In this document: positions 9,497 through 18,099 of the stretch, one piece after another
How the letters are laid out: each line of letters opens with the position of its first letter
How positions within the stretch are numbered: position 1 is the first letter of the stretch
Origin: Thermoanaerobaculia bacterium
GTDB taxonomy: Bacteria > Acidobacteriota > Thermoanaerobaculia > Multivoradales > UBA5704
Direction: 5' to 3'
DNA: 64,000 nucleotides
NCBI GenBank assembly: GCA_044868005.1
Contig: JBIOVX010000017.1
Location: 9,377-73,376, forward strand
Translations under genes and position numbers: made by a program
The notes under the pieces: model-generated
The model's database searches: none
Told to the model about the DNA's origin: nothing
Seen by the model: the letters and a program-made list of their open reading frames with translations, nothing else

Positions 9497-9709
9497 TCAG
9501 CGAGCGGTGCGCGGACGACGAGCTTCCTCGACCCTCGCCGGGTCGAGCGCCCCCGCGCCCCTCAGCCGCTCGATGTGTCGAACCACCTTCTCGTCATCCG
9601 CGAGCCGCTGTAGCGCGACGTTCACGGTTTCCTTGATCGTGCCGGTGCCAGCGATGCTCCGGGCTCGCTCCAGGAGATCGTCATCAATGTCGACGAGTCG
9701 CTTGGCCAT
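9497..9709 (-). CDS. VapB-family (RHH) antitoxin
   Basis: MAKRLVDIDDDLLERAR...GTGTIKETVNVAL pattern. Confidence 0.8.
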   Translation of the reverse strand: MAKRLVDIDDDLLERARSIAGTGTIKETVNVALQRLADDEKVVRHIERLRGAGALDPARVEEARRPRTAR

Positions 9710-9748
9710 AGGGGGCAGTATATGAGGAAGAGACCGGCCGCATCGCTG

Positions 9749-10180
9749 TCACCTCTTCTCTTGCTGCGGATTGGCTACGTTCGTCACCTGCGAGGAGGTA
9801 AGGCGCCAACCATCCTCCGAGCGCACCCAGACATGAGTGAAGGCGAAGGCGCCCGTGATCTCCTTGTCGTTCACGAGGATGGTGCGGTCCACCCGGCCCG
9901 TGACCACGGCGGCGGTGCCGAGCGGCTTCACGGTGACGTTGGACGGCTGATACTTGATGTATCGCCAGGCCCCCCGCTTGAAGAAATCCATGTAGGTTTC
10001 CTTGCCGGCGATCTGCCCTTCGAAGCCGATGTGGACGAGGTTGTCCGCCATCAGGCGGTCGAACGCCGCGGCGTCCCTGGCGAGGAGCGCCGAGGTGAAG
10101 CGTTGCTCAAGGGCGGTCACATCATCCTGACCGGCGCCGAGAGAGCCGAGGAGCACGAGGATCGCGGTCAAGTAGAGCAT
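9749..10180 (-). CDS. Secreted NTF2-like / DUF4440 protein
   Basis: Signal peptide MLYLTAILVLLGSLGA; D.AAFDRLMAD...AVVTG...FTHVWVR...WRL; GGA RBS. The longer ORF call upstream is repeat-derived. Confidence 0.8.
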   Translation of the reverse strand: MLYLTAILVLLGSLGAGQDDVTALEQRFTSALLARDAAAFDRLMADNLVHIGFEGQIAGKETYMDFFKRGAWRYIKYQPSNVTVKPLGTAAVVTGRVDRTILVNDKEITGAFAFTHVWVRSEDGWRLTSSQVTNVANPQQEKR

Positions 10181-10242
10181 GTTGGGTCCTCCGCAAGCGA
10201 GCGGGCGCCAGAGTCCCAGGTGGAAGCGCCTTAGTCCCGCCC

Positions 10243-10527
10243 GGACCGTCTTATTTAAGCGTGCGACCACGCCTTGGTCGACGTTAATCTCGTCATGGTC
10301 TACGTTGATCACGTCATGGTCTACGTTGATCACGTCATGGTCGACGTTGATCTCGTCTTGGTCGACGTTGATCTCGTCGTGGTCTACGTTAACCGCGTCG
10401 TGGTCCACGTTGATCACGTCATGGTCGACGTTGATCTCGTCGTGGTCTACGTTAACCACGTCATGGTCGACGTTAACCACGTCGTGGTCCACGTTGACCA
10501 CGTCATGGTCGACGTTGATCTCGTCGT
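10243..10527. repeat. Left part of a 21-bp palindromic tandem array (12 units) with a terminal inverted repeat
   Basis: Unit TGGTC(G/T/C)ACGTT(G/A)A(T/C)C(A/T/G)CGTC(A/G); left end ggaccgtcttatttaagcgtgcgacc at 10243-10268. Confidence 0.9.
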
Positions 10528-10536
10528 GGTAGTGTC

Positions 10537-11415
10537 CTAGTTTGAATTTCCCTTCCGGTACGGACCCCGTTTTTGCCCCTTCGCGGTCGGCAACAGGGCC
10601 ACTAGATCCTCGATTTCCCATACCGTCTTCGTGACTCCCGCCGCCATGGCCGGGGTGATTCTCAGGCTCCGGTGAATCCGGCAGAAGTTGTAATGGGCGT
10701 GGAACAGGCCGATGGCGGCGGCATGGTTCACCAGCTTCTTAGAGAACGCATTGGTTAGGCGGGTGAACCGGCGCAGGCTCATGCGGATGGTGAGATTCGA
10801 GCGCTCCACGTAGGACGTAGAAACATGCTTTGGGTCCGGCTCGCCGATGATGGCCTTCTTCTCGCATCCGATGCACTCGGCGGGGCTGTAGCGCGTCTCA
10901 GGGCCGCTCGGCTGCGCCGCATAGATCTTGTTGAGCATGGCGTAGTCGATCTCGCCCACGAAGGCGTCCAGGACCGCGGACAGGTACATCTTGTGACCGT
11001 CCGTCGTGAGCTGGACGCGGTTCACAAGGCGCCGCGCTAGATCCTGCATAAACTCCGTGGCGCACCCGGCATCCCGCGAGCCGACCAGGAAGGAAGGCAT
11101 CAGCTTCGTCTCGGCGTCAATCGCCGTGAACGTCCAGACATCCCCAAAGCCGAAGGTGTCCCGCTTCTCGACGGGGACGTTCTTCTGCTTCGCGTAGACA
11201 AAGCTCCAAATCTCGTCTACCTGGAGACGCTTGCAGGGGAGGTTCACCAGCGCGCCGTCCATGTACCGGACGCACGCCTCTCCGATCTCCCGCCACAGCT
11301 TCATGACGGTGTCCTTTGAAACGTCGGCCATGCGGGCGGTAGCTCGGATGCCGACACCCTCCACCAGGGCGGACACGATCTGGACTCGCTTCGCGGTGCT
11401 GAGCACGTTTGCCAT
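10537..11415 (-). CDS. IS1-family DDE transposase
   Basis: N-terminal HTH (LVEGVGIRATAR), QVDEIWSFV, LTTDG, TSYVERSNLTIRM..RRFTRLTNAFSKK. Confidence 0.92.
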   Translation of the reverse strand: MANVLSTAKRVQIVSALVEGVGIRATARMADVSKDTVMKLWREIGEACVRYMDGALVNLPCKRLQVDEIWSFVYAKQKNVPVEKRDTFGFGDVWTFTAIDAETKLMPSFLVGSRDAGCATEFMQDLARRLVNRVQLTTDGHKMYLSAVLDAFVGEIDYAMLNKIYAAQPSGPETRYSPAECIGCEKKAIIGEPDPKHVSTSYVERSNLTIRMSLRRFTRLTNAFSKKLVNHAAAIGLFHAHYNFCRIHRSLRITPAMAAGVTKTVWEIEDLVALLPTAKGQKRGPYRKGNSN

Positions 11416-11422
11416 GGGTTGA

Positions 11423-11494
11423 ATCGTATCGGGGATCGACCTAAAAGTCAAGCACAAGATCTAGTTTGCTATTTTGCGCAAACTGGTTTAGTCT
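11423..11494. promoter_or_regulatory. Back-to-back sigma70 promoters (transposase and HTH-IrrE), both apparently leaderless
   Basis: Minus strand TTGACT-N17-TACGAT-N7-ATG; plus strand TTGCTA-N17-TAGTCT-N6-ATG. Confidence 0.6.
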
Positions 11495-11500
11495 AGGTTC

Positions 11501-12646
11501 ATGACTGCTGATCTTGAAGCTTGTCGAACCCCGGGGCAGCTCCTCAGGGGGCTTTTGGAGGTCAACGGCTGGAGTCTGCGGACTTTAGCTCTCATCGTCG
11601 GGATGGGCGAGACGGTCGTGAACAAGATCGCTTCGGATAAACAGCCGGTGACTGCCCAACTGGCGCTCGTCTTTTCCGAGGTGTTCGGCGTACCAGCCGA
11701 GAAATTCCTAGAACTTCAGAAATCATACGATTTAGCCATGGCTCGCATCGTCGCTCGCCCCGATCCTGGACGCGCAACTCGCGCTCATCTCTTCGGCGGC
11801 TTACCAGTATCTGAAATGATCTCCCGCGGCTGGCTCCAGGCGGAGACCGTTCTCGACGTGCCCAGAGTTGAGGCGGAGCTGGCGCGCTTCTTCAGTGTTC
11901 CCTCGGTAAACGAGATTGAGATTCTCCCCCATGCCGCGAAGAAAACCCATCTGACTTCAGCGGCGAGCCCTGCCCAGTTGGCCTGGCTCTATCGCGTGAA
12001 GCAGATCGCCAGCGATACGCTCGTTCCCCGCTACTCCCCTGCGGCTGTGAGGGAAGCAATCAAGAGGCTTTCGTCCCTGCTCTCGGCGCCCGAAGAAGCT
12101 AGGAAAGTGCCCCGCATTCTAAATGAGAGCGGAATCCGTTACGTGATTGTCGAGACTCTTCCGTCAGCTAACATCGACGGAGTCTGCTTCTGGCTGGACG
12201 ACCAATCCCCCGTGATAGGGATGTCGCTGCGGTACGACCGCATAGACAACTTCTGGTTTGTGCTTCGGCACGAGTTGGAGCATGTTCTTCGCCTGCACGG
12301 TCGCACCGCCGTAGCTCTGGACTACGAGCTTGAAGGTGAAAACGCGGGGATCGGCGCAGGCATACCAGAAGAGGAGCGAGTTGCTAATGAAGCCGCCGCG
12401 GCGTTCTGCGTTCCACCGGACAAGATGGAGCGCTTTATTGCGCGTAAGGCCCCGATATTCGCCGAGCGCGACATCATAGGATTTGCGCGCACAATAGGAG
12501 TGCACCCTGGACTTGTAGCTGGTCAGCTTCAGCGCCGAACGGGTCGCTATGAGCTGTTCAGGCAGCACCTAGTCAAGATCCGCTCCTCTGTAGCACCTAG
12601 CGCCATCGTTGACGGATGGGGCGACGTTGCCCCAGTGGGACCATAG
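11501..12646 (+). CDS. HigA-type HTH + ImmA/IrrE metallopeptidase
   Basis: TPGQLL...HTH...LQKSYDL; DG.CFW, LRYDRIDNFWFVLRHELEH, E..AN..A. Confidence 0.9.
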   Translation: MTADLEACRTPGQLLRGLLEVNGWSLRTLALIVGMGETVVNKIASDKQPVTAQLALVFSEVFGVPAEKFLELQKSYDLAMARIVARPDPGRATRAHLFGGLPVSEMISRGWLQAETVLDVPRVEAELARFFSVPSVNEIEILPHAAKKTHLTSAASPAQLAWLYRVKQIASDTLVPRYSPAAVREAIKRLSSLLSAPEEARKVPRILNESGIRYVIVETLPSANIDGVCFWLDDQSPVIGMSLRYDRIDNFWFVLRHELEHVLRLHGRTAVALDYELEGENAGIGAGIPEEERVANEAAAAFCVPPDKMERFIARKAPIFAERDIIGFARTIGVHPGLVAGQLQRRTGRYELFRQHLVKIRSSVAPSAIVDGWGDVAPVGP

Positions 12647-12664
12647 AAAGGAGAAGGAAACACC

Positions 12665-13141
12665 GTGGCAAGCAAGCATCATCAAATGCAGGCGATCATT
12701 AGGCAGTACCGTGACCAAAGCGGCGAGGCTGACGTGGACATGGAGAAGGTGGCGTTATTCGCCACCCAGATGGGATGGCCGCTGTCGCTTCCGACCGACC
12801 CTATTAAGCTTCTGGCAAAGGAGTTTGCGCGCGCCGCACGAGAAGAGATCAAACGCGACCAAGTGACAGGCAAGCCGTACCGGGTCAACCATGCTTACCA
12901 CCCGGATGGCAGCCAAATGCCACTGTACTTCGATATAGATCAGGCGCCTAGGTACAAGATGCTAAAGTCGCTTATCAATAGGCGTGAGCAGATGGTGGGC
13001 GACGGGCTTCAGCTTAGCTTCGATGCCGATCACTGGAACAGCATCAATCCCAACGAGGAGCCAATTCAGATTCCGCTTGATTTGACAGACGATGTGGAAT
13101 GGAGAAAGAACGCACCCGACGAAGACGAACTCGCCAGTTAA
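12665..13141 (+). CDS. Hypothetical protein co-transcribed with HTH-IrrE
   Basis: 158-aa ORF with AAGGAGAAGGA RBS, 18 bp after the upstream stop. Confidence 0.75.
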   Translation: MASKHHQMQAIIRQYRDQSGEADVDMEKVALFATQMGWPLSLPTDPIKLLAKEFARAAREEIKRDQVTGKPYRVNHAYHPDGSQMPLYFDIDQAPRYKMLKSLINRREQMVGDGLQLSFDADHWNSINPNEEPIQIPLDLTDDVEWRKNAPDEDELAS

Positions 13142-13374
13142 TGGCCAGACTTCTTCCAGCGAGCCGCAGCGGCCACTCTTGCTATTTCTGAGCGCTCTGC
13201 AGGAGTAAGTTTCGTCGCCCTAGCCTTGGCGCCTTTAGCACCGCCGAGCCGCTGCTTTGCCCTTCCCGCAGATTCGGGTTCTGGGGCGAACCTTGGGGCT
13301 TCCCCGATAGCTTCCTGGAACACCTGAAAGGCCAGCTCGTTCGGATCGCGGGGCCTACGTGGGCGCTTAGGCAT
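13138..13374 (-). CDS. Small basic protein typical of IS passenger regions
   Basis: MPKRPRRPRDPNELA...GGAKGAKARATKLTPAERSEIARVAAAARW. Confidence 0.75.
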   Translation of the reverse strand: MPKRPRRPRDPNELAFQVFQEAIGEAPRFAPEPESAGRAKQRLGGAKGAKARATKLTPAERSEIARVAAAARWKKSGH

Positions 13375-13390
13375 GGCATCCATGGTAACA

Positions 13391-13422
13391 CGGGCGGCCG
13401 GAGGGAAGATTCCGGCCGCCCG
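13391..13422. terminator. Hairpin after the passenger operon
   Basis: cgggcggccgga-gggaagat-tccggccgcccg, a 12-bp stem. Confidence 0.55.
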
Positions 13423-13428
13423 TGCCTG

Positions 13429-13959
13429 CTACCTGCGGTTGTAGTTGTCGGGGTGGTACTTCTGGAACAGCTCTGCCGCCTTGGGTTGCTCGGGAGAACC
13501 GAGCAGCACCTTCTCCGGGTCCTCTTGATCCCAATTGATCCAGAGGTAGACCAGCTCGGCAGCGAAGGACTTGCAAGCGCGTTGCGAGATGAGATGCGCG
13601 AGGATTCGCCGCGTTGGGAGGTGCGTCAAGGCGTAGGCGTGGTCGTTCCCTTCCCTTGGACCGTAGACGCTCCCCCGGAAGATCCCAAACCGGCCCGAGA
13701 CGATGCCCTGCACATCGACCTCCCGATACTGCCAGGGGTGGATCATCATGTCGTAGATGCGCGCCTTGAACGCCCCCTTGCCCCAGGCGAGGGGGAGACG
13801 CTTTCCAGACTTCGCCATCTTTTCGAGGTAGGCGTCCGCCGACTGCGCGAGCCATGCGCCTACGGACATGCGCCCGTGCGCGACGGCGGCGGCTTCCCAC
13901 CGTTCCCGCTGATGGTCTGAGGCGTGGACCGTGTAGGAAAACGTCTTCATGTCGCTCAT
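13429..13959 (-). CDS. Hypothetical protein, possible N-terminal ribbon-helix-helix
   Basis: FSYTVHAS..QRERWEAAA..HGRMSVGAWLAQSAD beta-alpha-alpha pattern; ATGA overlap with the upstream gene. Confidence 0.65.
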   Translation of the reverse strand: MSDMKTFSYTVHASDHQRERWEAAAVAHGRMSVGAWLAQSADAYLEKMAKSGKRLPLAWGKGAFKARIYDMMIHPWQYREVDVQGIVSGRFGIFRGSVYGPREGNDHAYALTHLPTRRILAHLISQRACKSFAAELVYLWINWDQEDPEKVLLGSPEQPKAAELFQKYHPDNYNRR

Positions 13960-14369
13960 GAGGACGCCTCTTTCGCCAGCTTGCGCTCGATTCCGTTGGC
14001 GATCTGATTCAGGGTGCGGGCCGTGTCTGCGGCGAATTTGGACAGCTTCGCGTCCGCCTCGGATAGAGCCGACTTCTTTCGCTCCAAGCCGATAGAAGCG
14101 AGGAAGCCGGTGAGGTGCCGCAGATCGGCCACGGCGGCGCGCAGCTCGGTTCTAGTGCTGCTTTCCGCCCATTCCGGCCAGTCGCCGTAGGACTCCAGGA
14201 GCATGCCGTAGAACATCTCCCCGGCCACTCGCACGGCGGCATTGAACCGAGGTTCGGAGATGTACAGCAAGGCCGATTCTCTGAAGAGCGGAAAGCTCTC
14301 CCATTCGGCGGGATCGATGGAAGGGGGGACGGCGGGCGGGCTGGTAGAATCCTGCGTCAGCTCGGGCAT
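13956..14369 (-). CDS. Hypothetical protein (IS passenger)
   Basis: 137-aa ORF with GGGAG RBS, coupled to the next gene. Confidence 0.65.
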   Translation of the reverse strand: MPELTQDSTSPPAVPPSIDPAEWESFPLFRESALLYISEPRFNAAVRVAGEMFYGMLLESYGDWPEWAESSTRTELRAAVADLRHLTGFLASIGLERKKSALSEADAKLSKFAADTARTLNQIANGIERKLAKEASS

Positions 14370-14535
14370 AGGTGCTCCCTGTGCTCGGGTTAGGTCCGGG
14401 CGGGACGTGCTCGCGCTCCGCTCGGGCCGCTTGTTGTTTATGGGGAGGGCGATCCTCCCACCTGGAGAGGACGCTAGCGCAACTCAGGCAGGAAAGGCCG
14501 TGTCAAGAGGCCATATTTCAAAAAGGGACACTACC

Positions 14536-14653
14536 CTCGTCGTGGTCTACGTTGACCGCGTCGTGGTCTATATAGACCGCGTCGAGATTTATATAGACCA
14601 CATCGTGGTCTACGTAGACCACGACGCGGTCGCGCGCTTAAATAAGCCGGTCC
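14536..14653. repeat. Right part of the 21-bp array (4 units) with a terminal inverted repeat
   Basis: Units such as tggtctacgtagacca; 14628-14653 is the reverse complement of 10243-10268 (24/26 match). Confidence 0.85.
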
Positions 14654-14799
14654 ACGCCGCCCGCGGCAAGGGTAAGTCCTTGTTTTGCCGGCGTATAGGG
14701 CGCCGCGCCACGGTTTCCGAGGCTCATCCCCCGGTCCGCGCGGCCCTCAGCCCGTCAGAGGACCTTGATCTTGAGCATCCCCGGGATTCCCGCGCGGCC

Positions 14800-15882
14800 T
14801 CAAGGCACAGTCAGACACTGCCGCTGGTGCAGGCTGCGCAGGAAGTCCGTCGTCGCCTGGATCTCCTGGGCGGCCCGGGGGCGAATGGTCACCTGGCCCG
14901 GCCGGTTCATGCCCTGGAGGGCTGCCGTGAACCTCGTCGTGTCGAGGGTGTCGAACCTGCGCCCTTCCAACTCGGTCACCCGCGCCTTCAGAGCGGTGAT
15001 CTCCGTCTGCCTGGAGGCGAGCGTCTGCTCGAGATCCTGGACCCGCGTCGTCAGAACGGCCTTCTCGTCTGTGCACGCCCTCGCCTGAGCCTGGCTGGTG
15101 GTGAGCGCGGCGCGGATCGGTTTCGTAAACGCCAGACAGGCCTCCCCATCGACCGGCGGGCACTCCGGCGGGGTACCAGGCGGCGGTTCGCCGGGCTCGG
15201 GGGGCGGCTCGCCAGGCCCTCCCTCGACGACGACATTGCGGAGCCGGCAGCCGATGCGGCCGCCTTGCGGCGTTTGCACGGGTTCCGTCCATTCCTCTCC
15301 GTCCTTGCGGCCGGCCTCATTCCGTAAGGTACAGGGGAGCGTCGAAGGGCAGCAGCCGGGAGGATCGTTCGGCTGAAGCCTCAGCTTGGAACCGCCGCCT
15401 CCGCCACCGGGCTCGATGTCCTGGCAGCCGGGTCGCGCATGGCCGGTGTACTGGAGGAAATCCGAGCACGTGAAGAGCGCCCGTCCCCCGCCGTTGGCGA
15501 TCATCCAGTCGTACGCCTCCTGCAGGCTGGGATCGCGCGTCAATCCCGACTGGCGAAAAAGCTCCTGGAGAATCGCGAAGCCTTCACCGCCGCCATGCTC
15601 GGAGGTGACAAAGGGAACGATCTGCCGGCCCACTACGGTTTGGTCACACTCGGCATACCGGCAGAGGAACCCCGCAACATCGCCGAGGCTGGTGAAGAGA
15701 ACCGCGGGATCGAGCCGCTTGGTGACATCCGACTGGCCGGCGATCCGCCAGGTGACGGTGACGCCGGGGGGAGGAAAGTACCCTTGGGACGTGATGCTGC
15801 CGAAAAACGCGGCGCCCACGGGAGCGGCACGGAGAACCAGGACGCAGAGAACGGCAACAGCGGAAACGACGATGCGTTTCAT
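14800..15882 (-). CDS. Secreted Cys/Pro-rich hypothetical protein with a C-terminal coiled coil
   Basis: Signal peptide MKRIVVSAVAVLCVLVL...VGA; TAAGGAG RBS; TGGTATAAT extended -10 upstream. Confidence 0.75.
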   Translation of the reverse strand: MKRIVVSAVAVLCVLVLRAAPVGAAFFGSITSQGYFPPPGVTVTWRIAGQSDVTKRLDPAVLFTSLGDVAGFLCRYAECDQTVVGRQIVPFVTSEHGGGEGFAILQELFRQSGLTRDPSLQEAYDWMIANGGGRALFTCSDFLQYTGHARPGCQDIEPGGGGGGSKLRLQPNDPPGCCPSTLPCTLRNEAGRKDGEEWTEPVQTPQGGRIGCRLRNVVVEGGPGEPPPEPGEPPPGTPPECPPVDGEACLAFTKPIRAALTTSQAQARACTDEKAVLTTRVQDLEQTLASRQTEITALKARVTELEGRRFDTLDTTRFTAALQGMNRPGQVTIRPRAAQEIQATTDFLRSLHQRQCLTVP

Positions 15883-16053
15883 GATGGTCTCCTTACGGAA
15901 GCTTCTCCGCAATTATACCAGGGCGCCGGCTGCTGCCACCCCCAGCATTCCTGGAGAAACAAATCGCTTCCATTGAGCACTCAGGAGTGGTAAAAATGAG
16001 GCTAACCCATACGCGAGTGACCTGGAAGTCGCTGTTCGCCGCGAGGAATTTCC

Positions 16054-18099
16054 GTGAGCGCTGTGCAATCAACATCTTCCATGATCGTCCTCAGCGATCT
16101 TCAGCATCCCATTGGTGGCAAGTACCGGCTGAAGGAGCGCCTCGATGAAGGGGCTCTCGGCGTCGTCTACCGCGCCATCCACCTCGGCCTGGAGAAGTCC
16201 TTCGCGCTCAAGCTGCTCAAAAAGTCCGGAGCGCCGGCCGCCCTGGCGCGCTTCCGCCGGGAGGCGGTGGCGCTCGGGCGTCTCCAGCATCCCAACATCG
16301 TCGTCGTCACGGACTCCGGAATCGACGAGCTCTCCGGCGCGCCGTACCTGGTCATGGAGCTCCTCGACGGGAAACCGCTCTCGGACTTCTGCCGCGAGCA
16401 CGGCCCCCTGCCGCTCGCCCGGGCGCTTCCCCTCCTGGAGCAGATCGCCGAGGCCGTCGATGCGGCGCATGGCGCGGGCGTGCTCCATCGCGACCTCAAG
16501 CCCGGCAATATCTTCGTCGATGGGAGCGCCGATCAGCCGCGCGTCAAGGTACTGGATTTCGGGCTCGCCGAGCTGCTCGCGACGCCCGCGGAGACCGCGG
16601 CCTCTTCGCACCTCGGCGAGGAGGATCTCCCCAGCCTGACCTCGACGGACGCTCTCCACGGCACGCCGCTCTACGCCGCGCCGGAGCTGATCCGGCACGG
16701 CGAGGCCAGCCGGGCCTCGGACGTCTACTCCCTCGGCGTGATCGCCTACGAGATCCTCGGCGGTCAACCACCGTTCCGCGGCTCGATGGGCGAGGTTCTC
16801 ATGGGCCATCTCGAAGCGGAGCCTCCCCCGCTCCCCCTGCCCTCCCCGGTCTGGCGCGCCCTGCGGAACGCGCTGCAAAAAGATCCTGCCCTGCGGCCCC
16901 GCACCGCCGGCGACGTCGTGCGCGGGCTGCGGAGCGCGGTGCTGGAGGCGGAGCGGGAGCGTTGGAGAGCCGACGAAATACCACGCCGGCTGCGCCTCGC
17001 GGCTTTCCTCGCGGCATCGCTGGCCGCACTGGGTTTCTTTCTTCCGTGGCCGCCGGTGCCGCCGGCCGAGCGCTGGCTCGGCGATCTGCGCGTCCGCACC
17101 TCGCCGGCGAGGCAGCCGGACCCGCGCATCCTGCTGGTCACCCTGGACGAGGCGAGCCTCGACAGCAGCCCACTTTCCCTGGCCGAGCGGGCGGACGAGA
17201 TCGGGCGCACACTCTCACGGATCCTCGAGGCGGGAGCGCGCGGCGTAGCGGTCGATCTCCTGCCGCACGCGCGGTGGAGCGCGTCGCCGGGCTTCTCGGA
17301 CCTGCTCCTGCGGCACGCGGACCGCCTGACGCTCGCCGTGTTCTCCAATCCCGACGGCAAGGTCGTCGGCACCGAGTGCGTGGACGCTCTGACGGCGGCG
17401 GCCCTCGGCCCGCAACGCCTCGCCGGGACCTTCGGCTTCGCCAACATGGATGAAGACCGGGACGGCGTCGTCCGCCAGGGAAGGCTGTGGTTTCGCGACC
17501 GCGAAAGAGGCGAACAGCCGTCGTGGGCCGCGCAGGCGGCGCGGCGCCTCGGCTCCGGCAAGGCTCGGGAGGACGAAGTGTCCCGAAGATTCTGGGTCGA
17601 CACACGGATCGATTGGACTCGCTATGCACGCATCTCCTGGCGCCAGCTCCCCGCCGCTCTCGAGCGGAATCCCGGGCTGTTCCGGGGCCGGCTCGTGCTC
17701 GTCGGCGGGGACTTCCGCGGCTCCGGGGACGACATTTACCGCATCGCTCATCGCTCCAGCACGGTCTTGTCCGGGCTCGCGCTGCAGGCTTTGATGGTGG
17801 ACACGATCGGCGCCGGTCTGCCCGTTCGCGATCCGCACCGGATCTTCGTGCTCGCCACCGCGGCCCTGGCAGCCCTCCTCGCCGCGGCCGGGGCCCTCTG
17901 CGCGCCGCGGGCGGGCCGAGTCGCTCTCGGGCTCGCCGCGGCGGCGAGCCTCTACATGATCCTGTCGTTCCCGGTTTTCTGGTGGACGGGCCTGGGGCTG
18001 CCGATCACGGCTCCCGCGCTCCTCGTCCTGCTCGGCTTCCTCGTTGCATACGTTCTGCGGCGGAACCTTCCTTCACCGCCGGAGGTCTTAGAATCATGA
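16054..18099 (+). CDS. Hanks-type Ser/Thr kinase - TM - CHASE2 - TM fusion
   Basis: ALKLL, HRDLKPGN, DFG, GTPLYAAPE, SDVYSLG; then DPRILLVTLDE, GARGVAVDL, GFAN..D.DGVVR, FRGRLVLVG (CHASE2) and three C-terminal TM helices. Confidence 0.88.
   Translation: MSAVQSTSSMIVLSDLQHPIGGKYRLKERLDEGALGVVYRAIHLGLEKSFALKLLKKSGAPAALARFRREAVALGRLQHPNIVVVTDSGIDELSGAPYLVMELLDGKPLSDFCREHGPLPLARALPLLEQIAEAVDAAHGAGVLHRDLKPGNIFVDGSADQPRVKVLDFGLAELLATPAETAASSHLGEEDLPSLTSTDALHGTPLYAAPELIRHGEASRASDVYSLGVIAYEILGGQPPFRGSMGEVLMGHLEAEPPPLPLPSPVWRALRNALQKDPALRPRTAGDVVRGLRSAVLEAERERWRADEIPRRLRLAAFLAASLAALGFFLPWPPVPPAERWLGDLRVRTSPARQPDPRILLVTLDEASLDSSPLSLAERADEIGRTLSRILEAGARGVAVDLLPHARWSASPGFSDLLLRHADRLTLAVFSNPDGKVVGTECVDALTAAALGPQRLAGTFGFANMDEDRDGVVRQGRLWFRDRERGEQPSWAAQAARRLGSGKAREDEVSRRFWVDTRIDWTRYARISWRQLPAALERNPGLFRGRLVLVGGDFRGSGDDIYRIAHRSSTVLSGLALQALMVDTIGAGLPVRDPHRIFVLATAALAALLAAAGALCAPRAGRVALGLAAAASLYMILSFPVFWWTGLGLPITAPALLVLLGFLVAYVLRRNLPSPPEVLES

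Larger units (their letters stand above)
10528..14535 (-). mobile_element. IS1-family transposon with passenger genes (4,008 bp)
   Basis: Inverted ends GGTAGTGTCCtagTTTGAA / GGTAGTGTCCcttTTTGAA; 8-bp direct repeat CTCGTCGT at 10520-10527 and 14536-14543; encodes an IS1-type DDE transposase. Confidence 0.9.

Noticed and set aside
10274-10527. CRISPR array
   Set aside because: Units are contiguous 21-mers with no unique spacers, and no cas genes are present in the window.
10179-10621. ORFs with HDVINVD / SWSTLI repeats, including the 290-aa extension of the NTF2 gene
   Set aside because: They are translations of the tandem array, open in several frames; the 290-aa call crosses the IS end, and the NTF2 gene has its own RBS and signal peptide at 10180.
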